Below are positions 38,381 through 49,094 of a stretch of 64,000 nt of DNA, in pieces. How positions within the stretch are numbered: position 1 is the first letter of the stretch; each line of letters begins with the position of its first letter. Below the pieces are notes generated by a model, which saw only the letters and a list, made by a program, of their open reading frames with translations, made no database searches and was not told the origin of the DNA. Source of the DNA: an uncultured Gemmatimonadales bacterium (GTDB lineage Bacteria; Gemmatimonadota; Gemmatimonadetes; Longimicrobiales; Gaopeijiaceae); assembly GCA_963809895.1 (NCBI GenBank), contig CAWELD010000003.1, positions 160,001 to 224,000 of the forward strand, in the 5' to 3' direction. Both the position numbers and the translations under genes were made by a program.

Positions 38381-39376
38381 TTGGTATCGACTGCCATTCT
38401 GGGCACGGGCTATGACGTTCCCGACCGGGTCGTGGGCAACCAGGAGCTCACCCGCTACATGGACACCTCCGACGCGTGGATCCGGGAGCGCACCGGCATC
38501 GAAGAGCGGCGCTGGGTGCAGGAGGGGACCACCGGTGCGTCCATGGCGCGTCGGGCCAGCATCATGGCGTTGGAAGCCGCCGGTCTGGAGCCCGAAGACC
38601 TGGATGCCATCGTTCTGGCCACGCTGAGCCCGGACCACTTCTTTCCCGGCACGGGGGTGTTCCTGCAGCGGGAGCTGGGGCTGGCGGGCATCCCCGCGTT
38701 GGACGTGCGCGCCCAGTGCACCGGCTTCATCTACGGCCTGTCGGTGGCCGACGCCTGGATCCGGGCCGGCCAGTATCGCACGATCCTGCTCGTGGGGGTG
38801 GAGATCCAGTCCACGGGGCTCGATCTCACGACCCGCGGCCGCGACATGGCGGTGCTGTTCGGCGACGGCGCCGGGGCCGCCGTCCTCCAGGCCACCGACG
38901 AGCCCGATCGGGGCGTCCTGTCTACGCACCTGCACGCCGACGGAAGCCAGGCGGAGATCCTGTGGTGCGATGCCTCGTCTTCGGCCCGTCATCCCCGGAT
39001 CGGGCCGCGTGATCTGGAGGAGGGCCGGCACTATCCGCGCATGGACGGACGCGAAGTGTTCAAGCACGCCGTCACCCGCATGCCCGAGGTGGTGCGAGAG
39101 GCCCTGGACCGGCACGGGCTCGGCACGGAAGACATCGGGTTGCTGATCCCGCATCAGGCGAATCTCCGCATCTCGCAGATGGTGCAGCGCCGTCTGGGGC
39201 TCCCCGACGAGCGCGTCTTCAACAACATCCAGCGCTACGGCAACACCACGGCGGCGACGCTTCCCATCGCGCTGGCCGAGGCCGTGCGCGACGATCGTCT
39301 GGCTCCCGGCGATCTCCTCTGTCTCGTGGCTTTCGGGTCCGGCCTCACCTGGGGGAGCGCGCTGATACGGTGGTGA
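38381..39376 (+). CDS. fabH: 3-oxoacyl-ACP synthase III
   Basis: DTSDAWIRERTGIEERR, AQCTGF, LFGDGAGA, PHQANLRI, YGNTTAA, FGSGLTWG. Confidence 0.95.
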   Translation: MVSTAILGTGYDVPDRVVGNQELTRYMDTSDAWIRERTGIEERRWVQEGTTGASMARRASIMALEAAGLEPEDLDAIVLATLSPDHFFPGTGVFLQRELGLAGIPALDVRAQCTGFIYGLSVADAWIRAGQYRTILLVGVEIQSTGLDLTTRGRDMAVLFGDGAGAAVLQATDEPDRGVLSTHLHADGSQAEILWCDASSSARHPRIGPRDLEEGRHYPRMDGREVFKHAVTRMPEVVREALDRHGLGTEDIGLLIPHQANLRISQMVQRRLGLPDERVFNNIQRYGNTTAATLPIALAEAVRDDRLAPGDLLCLVAFGSGLTWGSALIRW

Positions 39377-39507
39377 TGCGGCATACGGCCGGAGACGCGA
39401 CCGAAACGCCCTTTCCCGGCGGTGGTATACCGCTGGACCTGGATTCCGCCCGTAGTTAATTTTCCAATCTGTTCTCAGTCATGTTCCTTCCCGCGTGAGG
39501 GGTCGGG

Positions 39508-39888
39508 ATGCTCAACAAGAAGCAACTCGCGCACATAGAGAAGCGACTCCTCCAGGAGAGGGGCCGGGCCCTTCGCTCCCTGGGGCTCTTCGACGAGATG
39601 GCCAAGGCCGATCGCGAGTCGGGAGACTCCGACCTGTCGGTCTACACGGATCACATGGCCGACCAGGGCACCGAAGCCATGGAGCGCGAGAAGGCCGCGC
39701 TCTTCGCCACGAAGGAGGGGCGGTACCTCTATCGTATCGAGGAGGCGCTCCGGCGCCTCTACAACGATCCGAAAGCGTTCGGCTCCTGCCACACCTGCGG
39801 CGCCGACGTCGGGTTCGAGCGCCTGGATGCGCTGCCCCATGCCCGCTACTGCATCGACTGCAAGCTGAAGGAAGAGGAAGCGGCCTGA
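39508..39888 (+). CDS. dksA: TraR/DksA C4-type zinc finger protein
   Basis: DHMADQGT, IEEALRRL, FGSCHTCG...ERLDALPHARYCIDCK. Confidence 0.9.
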   Translation: MLNKKQLAHIEKRLLQERGRALRSLGLFDEMAKADRESGDSDLSVYTDHMADQGTEAMEREKAALFATKEGRYLYRIEEALRRLYNDPKAFGSCHTCGADVGFERLDALPHARYCIDCKLKEEEAA

Positions 39889-39917
39889 GCGCCCACCCTG
39901 CTTCGGCGTTGGAATGA

Positions 39918-39954
39918 GAAGGGCCCGGCCGGGATCGGCCGGGCCCTTCCTTTC
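39918..39954. terminator. Intrinsic terminator between convergent genes
   Basis: Perfect 14-bp stem GAAGGGCCCGGCCG/CGGCCGGGCCCTTC followed by CTTTC. Confidence 0.75.
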
Positions 39955-39974
39955 GTCCTGGCGGAGACGGGCCG

Positions 39975-40367
39975 TCAGACGGTGGCCTCTTCCTCGGAGT
40001 CTTCCTCCTCTTCCGCCTCTTCCTCGTGCAGCGGGCTCGTGTCCTGCCAGAGCTGCTCGATCTCACCTCGCAGCCGGCGCACCTGCTCCTCCATGGGCCC
40101 GTCCTGCAGATGGTAGCGGGCGGCGCTCAAGGCCCGATAGGCCCGCCACAGAGCCGAAGACGCGGGCGTCTGCTCGTGGCTCCGCCTCTTCTCGCCCCGG
40201 AGGCGCGCGACGACCCACTCGGTCATCTCGTCGTCCAGGAGCATCGTGTCACCCGAGGACTTGCTCTCCGAGTCGACGAACTTCTGCAGCTTCTTCTTGA
40301 AGCTCTTGGGTACGCCTGCCACCACGTACACGGACAGGTCGTCGCGCTGTAGCATCTCCGAAGCCAT
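39975..40367 (-). CDS. Hypothetical protein
   Basis: Strong RBS AAAGGAGG; 130-aa protein-like ORF with acidic tail. Confidence 0.75.
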   Translation of the reverse strand: MASEMLQRDDLSVYVVAGVPKSFKKKLQKFVDSESKSSGDTMLLDDEMTEWVVARLRGEKRRSHEQTPASSALWRAYRALSAARYHLQDGPMEEQVRRLRGEIEQLWQDTSPLHEEEAEEEEDSEEEATV

Positions 40368-40418
40368 TCATCCTCCTTTCGTGCGTCCGGGACCGGCGTG
40401 CTGCGCCGGTCGTCGCAG

Positions 40419-41554
40419 CTAACTCTTCAGTACGGCGAGTAGCTCGCTTCCCACCGCTTCCACCTGCCAGTGCTTCATTCCAGGCACCTCTTCCAGGGCC
40501 GACGCGTCAGTCGGACCTCGCCGCGCGATCTCCAGGAGCATCGCGTTCGAGAGGAGGTTGCCGCGGTCGATGCCCAGCGCCGCGGCCCGGGCGTTGCGCA
40601 CTCCCTTGAGCCGGTCGGCCAGCTCTTCGACCTCGGGGGAGGGCGTCCGGGCCCGTTGCGTGGGGGGCGGGGATACGCCACCAACTCGTCGCGCGACAGG
40701 CGGTCCACCCGGGACAGCCGCTCGAGCAGTCCCGCTCCCCGCTCGCGGGCGAGCCGGCCGTTCATGCCCTTGAGCGAGGCCAGGTCGTTCACCGATGACG
40801 GGCGCCGCTCCGCGATCTCCATGAGCACCTGGTCCTGGGCCACCCGGAAGGCGGCCCGGTCCTGGTCCCGGGCGATCCCGTCGCGCCACGCCAGGGCCTC
40901 GCGCAGGGCGGTGACCTCGCGGGGTGCCAGATCGCGTGCACCCTTCACCCGGGTCACGGGATCTTCGTCCGGATCTTCCTCCCAGCGGATCTTCTCCAAC
41001 TCCTGGAACTCCTCGTGGGCCCACTCCATGCGGCCGGCGTCCTCCAACCGCTGCGTGAGGATCTCCACCAGCCGGTGGAGATAGCGCGTGTCGGAGGCCG
41101 CGTAGTCCAGCATCTCGTCCGGGAGCGGGCGGCGTGCCCAGTCGGCCCTCTGGTACTTCTTGGCGAGCCGTACGTCCAGGTGCCGTTCCAGGAGAGCCGC
41201 CAGGCCCAGGCCCGGCTCGCCGAGCAACGCTGCCGCGGCCTGGGTGTCGAACAGGCCCTTCAGATTGGTGTCCAGGTCCCGATCCAGCAGGCGCAGGTCG
41301 TAGTCGGCCCCGTGCATGAGGACGCGTACATCGGGATCCTCCAGGGTGTCGCGCAGGATCTCTGCGATGTCGAGCGCCAACGGATCCAGGATGTAGTCCG
41401 TGCCGTCCGTCGTGGTGAGTTGGACCAGGCAGAGGCGGTCGGTGTAGCGATGGAAGCCGGCGGCTTCGCAATCCAGCGCGATAGGATCACGCCGGGAGAG
41501 GGCTCGAGACAGGGGATCGACCTGCCTCGGGTCATCGATGAGAACGAACGACAT
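40419..41554 (-). CDS. rnd: Ribonuclease D (exonuclease + HRDC domains); apparent -1 frameshift in a C run near 40642
   Basis: IALDCEAAGFHRY, LCLVQL, MHGADYDL, LFDTQAAA, QRADWARRPL, YAASDT; second HRDC (RLKGVRNARA...VPGMKHWQ) in the shifted frame. Confidence 0.9.
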
Positions 41555-41688
41555 GCAGGGGGGAACTCCGGGATCGTCTGGATTGGTCGCGGGCCCGGCT
41601 CGGGGGGGCGTAGATCCACGACCGCCTGGGCCTTCTACGTGTGAAATGAAGAAAAGTTCCGAACCACAGTCCATTCGTCCGCACAATC

Positions 41689-43110
41689 ATGCTGCGAACC
41701 AAGATCGTCTGTACGCTCGGTCCCGCCAGCGCGTCTCAGGACGTGATCGACGGTCTCGTCCGGGGCGGGCTCAACATGGCCCGGATCAACATGTCCCACG
41801 GCAACGTCGAGCAGCATCGCTCGGTGGTGGAGCGGGTGCGCGACGCGTCACGGCGCGAGGGACGACCCGTTCCGATCCTCGTGGACCTGGCCGGGCCCAA
41901 GATCAGGGTGGGAGTGCTCAGCCAGGACGTGCCCCTGACCCGGGGGCAGGAGGTCGTGTTCGCGCCGGAAGGTCGCACTGGTCCGGATGAGATCCCCACG
42001 GCGTACGCCGGGCTCGCCGGAGATCTCCATCCCGGTGACCAGGTGCTGCTGGACGACGGGCTCATCGAGCTCCGCTGCACCGACACCGACGGCGAACGTG
42101 CCCGCTTCGAGGTGGTCCGCGGTGGCCTGCTGAAGAGCCGCAAGGGGATGAATCTGCCGGGCCTGGAGCTCAGCACGCCCTCCATGACGGAAAAGGACGA
42201 GCAGGATCTGGAGTTCGCGCTGGACATCGGCGCCGAATACGTGGGGCTCTCCTTCGTGCGGCGCCCGTCGGACGTCACGGGCCTGAAGTCCATGGTCCAA
42301 CGACGCGCACTGATCGTCGCAAAGATCGAGAAGGCCCAGGCGTTGGGGAGCATCGAAGCGATCCTCGCCGAGACCGACGCGGTCATGGTGGCCCGGGGAG
42401 ATCTCGGTGTGGAGCTGCCCTTCGAGCGGGTCCCTATGGCGCAGAAGCGGATCATCCATCTGGCCAACCGTTACGGCCGGCCGGTCATCACCGCTACCCA
42501 GATGCTGGAGTCCATGATCGAGCACTCGCGGCCCACGCGGGCGGAGGCCTCGGACGTGGCCAACGCCATTCTCGACGGGACGGACGCGGTCATGCTCTCC
42601 GGTGAGACGGCGGTGGGGAAGTACCCGCTGCAGGCGTTGGACGCCATCGTGCGCATCACCCGGGAGATCGAGGCCAGCGGCGTTCTGGAGAGTGGGCCGC
42701 GGGACGCCATCGATCACGTGGCGACGGACGAGCGTGGTGGCGCCACCATGCGGGAGCACGCGGTGGCCGCGGCGACCGTGGCGGCGTCCAGGGAGTTGAA
42801 GGCCCCTGCGCTCATCGTCATCACCCGCAGCGGCTTCTCCGCGCGCCTGGTCTCGAGCTATCGTCCTCCGGTGCCCATCTTCGCGGTCTGCACCGATCCC
42901 GCGACCTTCAGCCAACTGGCCGCGGTGTGGGGCGTGCGGCCGCTGCTGGCCCAGGAGGAGGAGGTCAGCTACGAGGCGCTGACGGAGTTCGGCAAGCGGG
43001 CCGTGCTCGAGACCGGGGTCGGCCGGTCGGGAGAGTCGGTGGTCGTGACCGCGGGATATCCCTTCCACACCTCGGGCACCACCAATACCATGCGGGTGGA
43101 GCAGTTGTGA
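41689..43110 (+). CDS. pyk: Pyruvate kinase
   Basis: RTKIVCTLGPAS, DLAGPKIR, MVARGDLGVE, ATQMLESM, DAVMLSGETA. Confidence 0.97.
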   Translation: MLRTKIVCTLGPASASQDVIDGLVRGGLNMARINMSHGNVEQHRSVVERVRDASRREGRPVPILVDLAGPKIRVGVLSQDVPLTRGQEVVFAPEGRTGPDEIPTAYAGLAGDLHPGDQVLLDDGLIELRCTDTDGERARFEVVRGGLLKSRKGMNLPGLELSTPSMTEKDEQDLEFALDIGAEYVGLSFVRRPSDVTGLKSMVQRRALIVAKIEKAQALGSIEAILAETDAVMVARGDLGVELPFERVPMAQKRIIHLANRYGRPVITATQMLESMIEHSRPTRAEASDVANAILDGTDAVMLSGETAVGKYPLQALDAIVRITREIEASGVLESGPRDAIDHVATDERGGATMREHAVAAATVAASRELKAPALIVITRSGFSARLVSSYRPPVPIFAVCTDPATFSQLAAVWGVRPLLAQEEEVSYEALTEFGKRAVLETGVGRSGESVVVTAGYPFHTSGTTNTMRVEQL

Positions 43111-43132
43111 GAACGGTCCCGGGAGCCACCGC

Positions 43133-43909
43133 GTGCGTCTGACCTTTCTGGGCACCGGAACCTCGTTCGGGGTACCGGTCATCGGGTGCGATTGCCCGAC
43201 CTGCACTTCGTCGGATCCGCGAGATCGGCGGACCCGCAACGGCGCGCTGTTGGACCTTCCGGAGGGACGGCTGCTCGTCGACGCTCCCCCGGAGCTCCGG
43301 CTTCAGCTCCTGGACGCCGGTGTCGGGCGGGTGGATGCGGTGTGGATCACGCATCCGCATGCCGATCACGTGCACGGCCTCGACGATCTGCGCGTGTTCT
43401 CCTTACGGGGACGCGCACCGCTGCCCACCTACCTGGGCGAAGAGCACGTCGACGACATGGCGCGGCGCTTCCCGTACGTCTTCGATCCCACGACCCACGT
43501 GCCGCCCGGGACGAGCCGCCCGCAGCTCGACGTGCGCCCCTTCGACGGGACCGCCCCCGTCGAGGTGCTGGGCGCGTCGCTCACCCCGCTTGCCGTCCCC
43601 CACGGCCCCATGACGGTCTACGGGTTCCGCGTGGGCGGGCTGGGGTACGTTACCGACGGCAAGCGGCTGCCGCCCGAGGCGCTGGAGAGACTCGAGGGTG
43701 TGGAGGTGTTGGTGCTGAACGCGCTGTGGTGGGGTAGGCCTCATCCGACGCACTTCAATGTCGAAGAAGCCGTCGAGGCGGCGGAGCAGGTCGGTGCTCG
43801 CCAGACCTATCTGATCCACCTGACCCACCGGGTGCGGCACGCGGAGCTGGAAGCGCGCCTGCCCGCCGGGATTCGCCCGGCCTACGACGGCCTGAGCCTG
43901 GAGGTATAG
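43133..43909 (+). CDS. MBL-fold metallo-hydrolase (PhnP-like)
   Basis: FLGTGTSFGVPVIGCDCPTC, THPHADHVHGLDDLR, AYDGL. Confidence 0.93.
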   Translation: MRLTFLGTGTSFGVPVIGCDCPTCTSSDPRDRRTRNGALLDLPEGRLLVDAPPELRLQLLDAGVGRVDAVWITHPHADHVHGLDDLRVFSLRGRAPLPTYLGEEHVDDMARRFPYVFDPTTHVPPGTSRPQLDVRPFDGTAPVEVLGASLTPLAVPHGPMTVYGFRVGGLGYVTDGKRLPPEALERLEGVEVLVLNALWWGRPHPTHFNVEEAVEAAEQVGARQTYLIHLTHRVRHAELEARLPAGIRPAYDGLSLEV

Positions 43910-45298
43910 ATGTCCGAACGGCTTCCACTGCTGGACGTGAACGGAGCGCTGTCGCCGACGTTGGGCGGTGGGCTGGATCCCGAGCGCCTGGCCCCCGGGG
44001 GCGACCTCGCCGGGCGCTTCCGGGACGCGCTCGACCAGTTCGAGCGCCTGCGCGAGGCCGGCGACCTGGGCTTTCTCGATCTCCCCTTCGCCCGCGAGAC
44101 CAGCGGGCGCGTCCAGGAACTGGCCGACGGCTTCGGTCAGTGGTTCGAGGACGTGGTGGTCCTGGGCATCGGTGGGTCGGGTCTGGGGGCGGTCATGCTC
44201 CGCGACGCCCTGGCGGGGCCCGACTGGAACGTCCGCTCCGACGAGGATCGCGGGTATTTCCCGCGTCTCCACATCCTGGACAACCCGGACCCCGACACGG
44301 TCAACGGACTGCTGGGACGGCTGGACGCCCGCCGCACGCTCTTCAACGTCGTGAGCAAGTCCGGCTCGACGGCGGAGACGGTCGCGCTGTATCAGGTGGC
44401 GCGTGGACGGGTGGCCGAGGCCGTGGAGCCGGACAAGGTGCGCGGCCATTTCCTGTTCACGACGGACCCCGACCGGGGGCCGCTGCGGGAGCTCGCCAAC
44501 GCCGAGGACATTCCCACGCTGCCGGTGCCGGCCAACGTCGGAGGCCGGTATTCGGTGCTGTCGCCGGTGGGGCTGCTGCCAGCGGCGGTGGCGGGCCTCG
44601 ACATCGAGTCGCTCCTCGATGGCGCCGCGGCCATGGAGCCCCGCTGTCGCGAGGCGGAGCTGCGCCGCAATCCGGCCGGGCTCCTGGCGATCATCCTTCA
44701 CGAGCTTCACACGGGCTCGGGAAAGGGGATCCACGTGCTCATGCCCTACTCGGATCGCCTGCGCACGTTGGGCTTCTGGTTCCAGCAGCTGTGGGCCGAG
44801 TCGCTGGGCAAGCGGCGGGGCGAGGCCTTCGTGGGCCCGACGCCGCTCCCGGCCGTGGGCGCATCGGACCAGCACGCCCAGGTCCAGCTCTTCATGGAGG
44901 GACCGCCGGACAAGGTCGTGGTTTTCGTCCGCGCCGAGCTCGGCGGCGATCCGGTGGCGATTCCGCGTGTCCACCCCGAGGTGGAGGCCCTGGACTACCT
45001 CGCCGGCCACACCCTGGCCGAGCTCCTCGAGGCAGAACGGCGGGCGACGGCGGAGGCGCTACGTCAGGCGGAGCGCCCCACCATGACCATCGACATGGGC
45101 CCCCTGGACGCGCGCTCTCTGGGGGCCGTGGTCATGCTGCTCGAGACCGCCACCGTGCTGGCGGGGGCGCTCTACGGAGTGGACCCTCTGAACCAGCCCG
45201 GGGTCGAACTCGGCAAGCGCCTGACCTACGGACTCATGGGCCGGAAGGGACACGACGCGCCCGAGCTGGTGGAGGGTGACGCCCGCTGGCGCGTATGA
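43910..45298 (+). CDS. pgi: Glucose-6-phosphate isomerase
   Basis: LGIGGSGLG, VSKSGSTAET, VGGRYSVLS, QLWAESLGK, DQHAQVQL, NQPGVELGK. Confidence 0.95.
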   Translation: MSERLPLLDVNGALSPTLGGGLDPERLAPGGDLAGRFRDALDQFERLREAGDLGFLDLPFARETSGRVQELADGFGQWFEDVVVLGIGGSGLGAVMLRDALAGPDWNVRSDEDRGYFPRLHILDNPDPDTVNGLLGRLDARRTLFNVVSKSGSTAETVALYQVARGRVAEAVEPDKVRGHFLFTTDPDRGPLRELANAEDIPTLPVPANVGGRYSVLSPVGLLPAAVAGLDIESLLDGAAAMEPRCREAELRRNPAGLLAIILHELHTGSGKGIHVLMPYSDRLRTLGFWFQQLWAESLGKRRGEAFVGPTPLPAVGASDQHAQVQLFMEGPPDKVVVFVRAELGGDPVAIPRVHPEVEALDYLAGHTLAELLEAERRATAEALRQAERPTMTIDMGPLDARSLGAVVMLLETATVLAGALYGVDPLNQPGVELGKRLTYGLMGRKGHDAPELVEGDARWRV

Positions 45299-45383
45299 GC
45301 GACAAACCGATATTTTTCGTGCACCAGGACGCAAGCTCGGCGGAAGGTTCGCCAGACCCTTCCGCCCTACGCCAGGAGGATCC

Positions 45384-45827
45384 ATGCGGGATCACGACGA
45401 CGTACCCTACATCGTCATCGAGAAGGACCGAGGCAGTGGCCTGGGATCATTCGTTCTGGGAGCGCTGGTGGGCGCCGGATTGGCCCTCCTGTTCGCGCCC
45501 CAGACCGGCGAGGAGACCCAGCAGGAGATCCGTGACCGCGCCCGGAAGATCCGCGATGCGGCCGAAGATCGTGTGCGAGACGCACAGCGCCAACTCGAAG
45601 CGCGCCTCGACCAGGCTCGCGAGGGCGTGCAGTCGCGTGTGACCCACGTGAAGGACGCGGTGGAGGCGGGCCGCCAGGCCGCTCGGGACGCGCGCGACGA
45701 CCTCGAGACCAGACTCGATCGGTCCAAGGCCGCCTATCGCGCCGGCATCGAAGCCGCCCGCGAGGCGGCGAAGGAAGCCAAGGAGGCCGAGGTCGAGGTG
45801 GAGGTCGAGGAAGAGGCCTCGGACTGA
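45384..45827 (+). CDS. YtxH domain-containing protein
   Basis: FVLGALVGAGLALLFAPQTGEETQQEI followed by coiled coil; AGGAGG RBS. Confidence 0.88.
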   Translation: MRDHDDVPYIVIEKDRGSGLGSFVLGALVGAGLALLFAPQTGEETQQEIRDRARKIRDAAEDRVRDAQRQLEARLDQAREGVQSRVTHVKDAVEAGRQAARDARDDLETRLDRSKAAYRAGIEAAREAAKEAKEAEVEVEVEEEASD

Positions 45828-45846
45828 CGCCGACGCCACCGCTCCG

Positions 45847-46821
45847 GTGGAAGTCGACACCTCTCCCCCGAAACCCCAGACTCCCCGTCGGTCCGCCGGG
45901 GAGGCCGCGCCCGTGCGGGCCGGCTCCCGGCGTCATCGTGCCTTGGAGTTCCTGCGGCGCGTGTTCGCCAAGGCCGAAGAGGACTCCATCTTCTTCATGG
46001 CCGGGGCGATCTCGTTCAACGTCCTGGTCGCGTTCGTACCCCTGCTGCTCTTCGCCGTCGGCGTGTCGGGCATGGTCCTGTCGGCCCGCTTCGGCGATCC
46101 CAGCGCCGCGATCCTGGACCTGCTGCAGCGGGCCCTTCCGGCCATCCGCGGTGAGGTGGACCTCGCGGACACCGTGCGACAGCAGATCTCGGGCCTCCTG
46201 GATCAACGCAGGGGCTTCACCCTGGTGGGTGCGTTCCTGCTGGTGTGGTTCTCCACCCGCCTGGTCGGCACGCTACGCACCGCCCTGAAAGAGGTGTTCG
46301 ACATCTCGCAGGACCGGGGAATCGTGCGGGGCAAGGTCTTCGACATCCAGGTCGTGCTCGTCGGCGGTGTGCTCTTCCTGCTCAACCTGGGGGTGACGGC
46401 GGTGGTGCGGGGCGCCCAGGAGTTCGGCGTCCAGGCGCTGGGCCTCGAGGGTCGAGCCCTGGGCTTCGTGCAGACCGCCTCGGCCCAGGCGCTGGCATTC
46501 CTCTCCATCTGGGTGCTGTTCCTGGGGATCTACCGGTATCTGCCGGCGCGGCGCCTGCCCTGGAAGCCGGCGCTGATCGCGGCCACCTTCACCTCCGTGC
46601 TGCACGAGCTCCTGAAGGAGGGGTTCGGCTGGTACGTGAGCGACGTGGCGAACTACCGGACCACGTACGGGAATCTCATCACGTTGGCCATCCTGTTTTT
46701 TTGGATCTATTACGAGGCGATCGGGTTTATCTTGGGAGGAGAGGTGGCACAGGTCTGGTCCATGCGACGGGCGCGGCGCCGGCACACGCGCGACGCCCTC
46801 TTCGGAGGCGATGGAGGCTGA
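45847..46821 (+). CDS. YihY/BrkB family membrane protein
   Basis: AGAISFNVLVAFVPLLL, IYRYLP, YGNL..LAILFFWIYY...ILGGE. Confidence 0.9.
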   Translation: MEVDTSPPKPQTPRRSAGEAAPVRAGSRRHRALEFLRRVFAKAEEDSIFFMAGAISFNVLVAFVPLLLFAVGVSGMVLSARFGDPSAAILDLLQRALPAIRGEVDLADTVRQQISGLLDQRRGFTLVGAFLLVWFSTRLVGTLRTALKEVFDISQDRGIVRGKVFDIQVVLVGGVLFLLNLGVTAVVRGAQEFGVQALGLEGRALGFVQTASAQALAFLSIWVLFLGIYRYLPARRLPWKPALIAATFTSVLHELLKEGFGWYVSDVANYRTTYGNLITLAILFFWIYYEAIGFILGGEVAQVWSMRRARRRHTRDALFGGDGG

Positions 46822-47462
46822 TGGCGATTCCCGAAATGCGACGTGCGCCCGGCGTTTCAGCCGTGGGCGCGGCCCTGCTTCTGGCAGCGCTCGCGCCCGG
46901 GTCTCTGCATGCGCAGGGCGTGATGGAGCTCAACGGTACCGAGACGGTCTATCAGGACCGCATCATGGAGCGCGAGGTCTCGGCCGACGCGCCCCTGGTT
47001 CGCGAGAGCGGCCGCTACGTGGTGGTGCACCTGGCGGAGAACCGGGTCTTCGTCTTCGACGGCGAGGACGCCGTGTGGTCCGCTCCGGCCGGCACCGGCA
47101 ACGGCTTCCGTCTGGAGCGCGGGCAGCATCGCTGGAAGTTCACCACCCCCCGTGGCCTCTTCAAGATCAAGCGCATGGAGAAGGACCCGGTGTGGGAGGC
47201 TCCCGACTGGCACTACGTCGAGAAGGGGCTGCCGGTGCCTCCCTACGACAGCCCTTCGCGACGCATCCGTGGAGCCATGGGAACGAGCGCCATCTATCTG
47301 GGCGACGGCATCGCGATCCACGGGACCGAGCTCCCTCAGCTCATCCTGAACCCCGATCCCGAGGCTCGCCGGGTCTCTCACGGGTGCATTCGCCTCACCA
47401 ACGAAGCCGCCCGGGAGCTCATGCATCTGGTGGACGTGGGCACGCCCGTCCTGATCTACTGA
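46821..47462 (+). CDS. L,D-transpeptidase (YkuD family)
   Basis: Signal peptide; TPRGLF, IAIHGT, SHGCIRL. Confidence 0.9.
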   Translation: MAIPEMRRAPGVSAVGAALLLAALAPGSLHAQGVMELNGTETVYQDRIMEREVSADAPLVRESGRYVVVHLAENRVFVFDGEDAVWSAPAGTGNGFRLERGQHRWKFTTPRGLFKIKRMEKDPVWEAPDWHYVEKGLPVPPYDSPSRRIRGAMGTSAIYLGDGIAIHGTELPQLILNPDPEARRVSHGCIRLTNEAARELMHLVDVGTPVLIY

Positions 47463-47466
47463 GCCG

Positions 47467-47931
47467 ATGGCCGAGTCCAGCGGACGTCGCGTTGTGGCGA
47501 CCAACCGCAAGGCCCGACACGAATACGAGGTCCTCGAGACCCTGGAGGCGGGCATCGTCCTCAGAGGGCCCGAGGTCAAGTCGGTGCGCGACGGGAAGAT
47601 CGGGTTCCAGGACGCCTTCGCCCGGGTGGACGGCGGCGAGGTGTGGCTGCACAGCCTCCACATCAATCCCTACGAGCAGGCCAATCGCTACAACCAGGAT
47701 CCCCTGAGGACGCGAAAGCTGCTCCTGCACAGCCACGAGATTCGGCGTCTGGTGGGCAAGGTGGAGGAGAAGGGACTCACGCTCATCCCCCTGGAGATCT
47801 ACTTCGTGCGTGGCCACGCCAAGGTCCTGCTGGGGCTGGCTCGAGGCCGCAAGCTCCACGACAAGCGAGAGAAGCTCAAGCGGCAGACCCAGGAACGGGA
47901 GGCGCGGCGAGCCATGGAACGGCACGGATGA
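47467..47931 (+). CDS. smpB: SsrA-binding protein
   Basis: NRKARHEYEVLETLEAGIVLRGPEVKSVR, RTRKLLLH, RGRKLHDKRE. Confidence 0.97.
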   Translation: MAESSGRRVVATNRKARHEYEVLETLEAGIVLRGPEVKSVRDGKIGFQDAFARVDGGEVWLHSLHINPYEQANRYNQDPLRTRKLLLHSHEIRRLVGKVEEKGLTLIPLEIYFVRGHAKVLLGLARGRKLHDKREKLKRQTQEREARRAMERHG

Positions 47932-49094
47932 GACGGGGCCTGGTGCTGCTGCTGGCCACCTTGTTGGCCCCGACGGTTGCCCGGGCCCAGGAGTCGCTGA
48001 GCCTGGAGGTGGCCGGCGGGCAGCCGTCGCCGGTGTCGCTGTTCCGGGACCGGGGCTACGCGGCGTTCCCTGCCTCCGCCCTGACCCGGCTCGGCTGGAC
48101 CGTCTCCCGGGAAGACGACGGATGGTGGATCGAGTTGCCGGGTCACGCCCGCATCGTCGCCCGCCCCGGCTCGCCCTTCCTCCGCTGGGGCGACAGCACC
48201 CTGGTTCAGCTCACCCAGGCTCCCTACGTCGAAGACGATGAGCTGCGGGTGCCGTTGCAGCTCGCCACCGACGTGCTCCCCGATCGGCTCCCGGCGTTGT
48301 TCGTCGCGCCCGACGCGCTGCATCTGCGCCGGATCGGCGACATCCCGAGCTCGCTCCGTCCGGCGCCCATGCGGCGGGTGGTCGTGATCGATCCGGGGCA
48401 CGGCGGCGAGGACCCGGGCGCCATGGGACCCCGCGGCACGCGCGAGAAGGACGTGGCGCTCGCGCTGGGCACGGCACTCGCCGAAGAGCTGAAGAAGCAC
48501 CCCGAGCTCGAGGTCCATCTCACCAGGGATTCCGACGTGCTGGTCCCTCTCTGGCAGCGCGGTGAGATGGCCACGCGCTGGAAGGGCGACGGCGCCGGCA
48601 TCTTCATCTCCATCCACGCGAACGCGCTGCCGTCCAGATCCGTCCGCGGCGTGGAGACCTATTTCCTCTCGGAGGCGCGCACCGATCACGAACGTCGGGT
48701 CGCGGCCCTCGAGAACGCACCGCTGGCCCTGGAGAGGGGACCCTCAGGCCCGGCCGCAGGGGATCCGGATCTCGACTTCATCATCAACGAGCTCCGTAAC
48801 AGCGACAGCCAGCACTGGTCGGCGGAGTTGGCCGAGCTGGTGCAGACGGACCTCGCCCGGGTACACCCGGGGCCGGACCGGGGAGTCAAACAAGCTCCGT
48901 TCGCCGTGATCACCAACGCCATCATGCCTGCCGTCCTCGTGGAGACGGGCTTCATCACCAATCCGCAGGAAGAGCGCGCCCTGGGCGACACCACCTTCCA
49001 GAAGAAGGCGGCCGGCGCCATCGCTCGGGCGGTGGTGGAGTTCTTCGAGCGCTATCCCCCGGGGCAGGCCGAGACCTCCCGGGGGGGACGGTGA
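47928..49094 (+). CDS. N-acetylmuramoyl-L-alanine amidase (Amidase_3)
   Basis: VVIDPGHGGEDPGA, EKDVAL, FISIHANA, PAVLVETGFITN; signal peptide. Confidence 0.93.
   Translation: MRRGLVLLLATLLAPTVARAQESLSLEVAGGQPSPVSLFRDRGYAAFPASALTRLGWTVSREDDGWWIELPGHARIVARPGSPFLRWGDSTLVQLTQAPYVEDDELRVPLQLATDVLPDRLPALFVAPDALHLRRIGDIPSSLRPAPMRRVVVIDPGHGGEDPGAMGPRGTREKDVALALGTALAEELKKHPELEVHLTRDSDVLVPLWQRGEMATRWKGDGAGIFISIHANALPSRSVRGVETYFLSEARTDHERRVAALENAPLALERGPSGPAAGDPDLDFIINELRNSDSQHWSAELAELVQTDLARVHPGPDRGVKQAPFAVITNAIMPAVLVETGFITNPQEERALGDTTFQKKAAGAIARAVVEFFERYPPGQAETSRGGR

Noticed and set aside
604..41554. Four frameshifted genes (permease ~807, S10 ~7954, M20 ~12010, rnd ~40642) as pseudogenes or programmed frameshifts
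   Set aside because: Each is a single-base indel in or next to a short G/C run with both halves otherwise intact and no slippery heptamer. Consensus error is most likely; read mapping would decide
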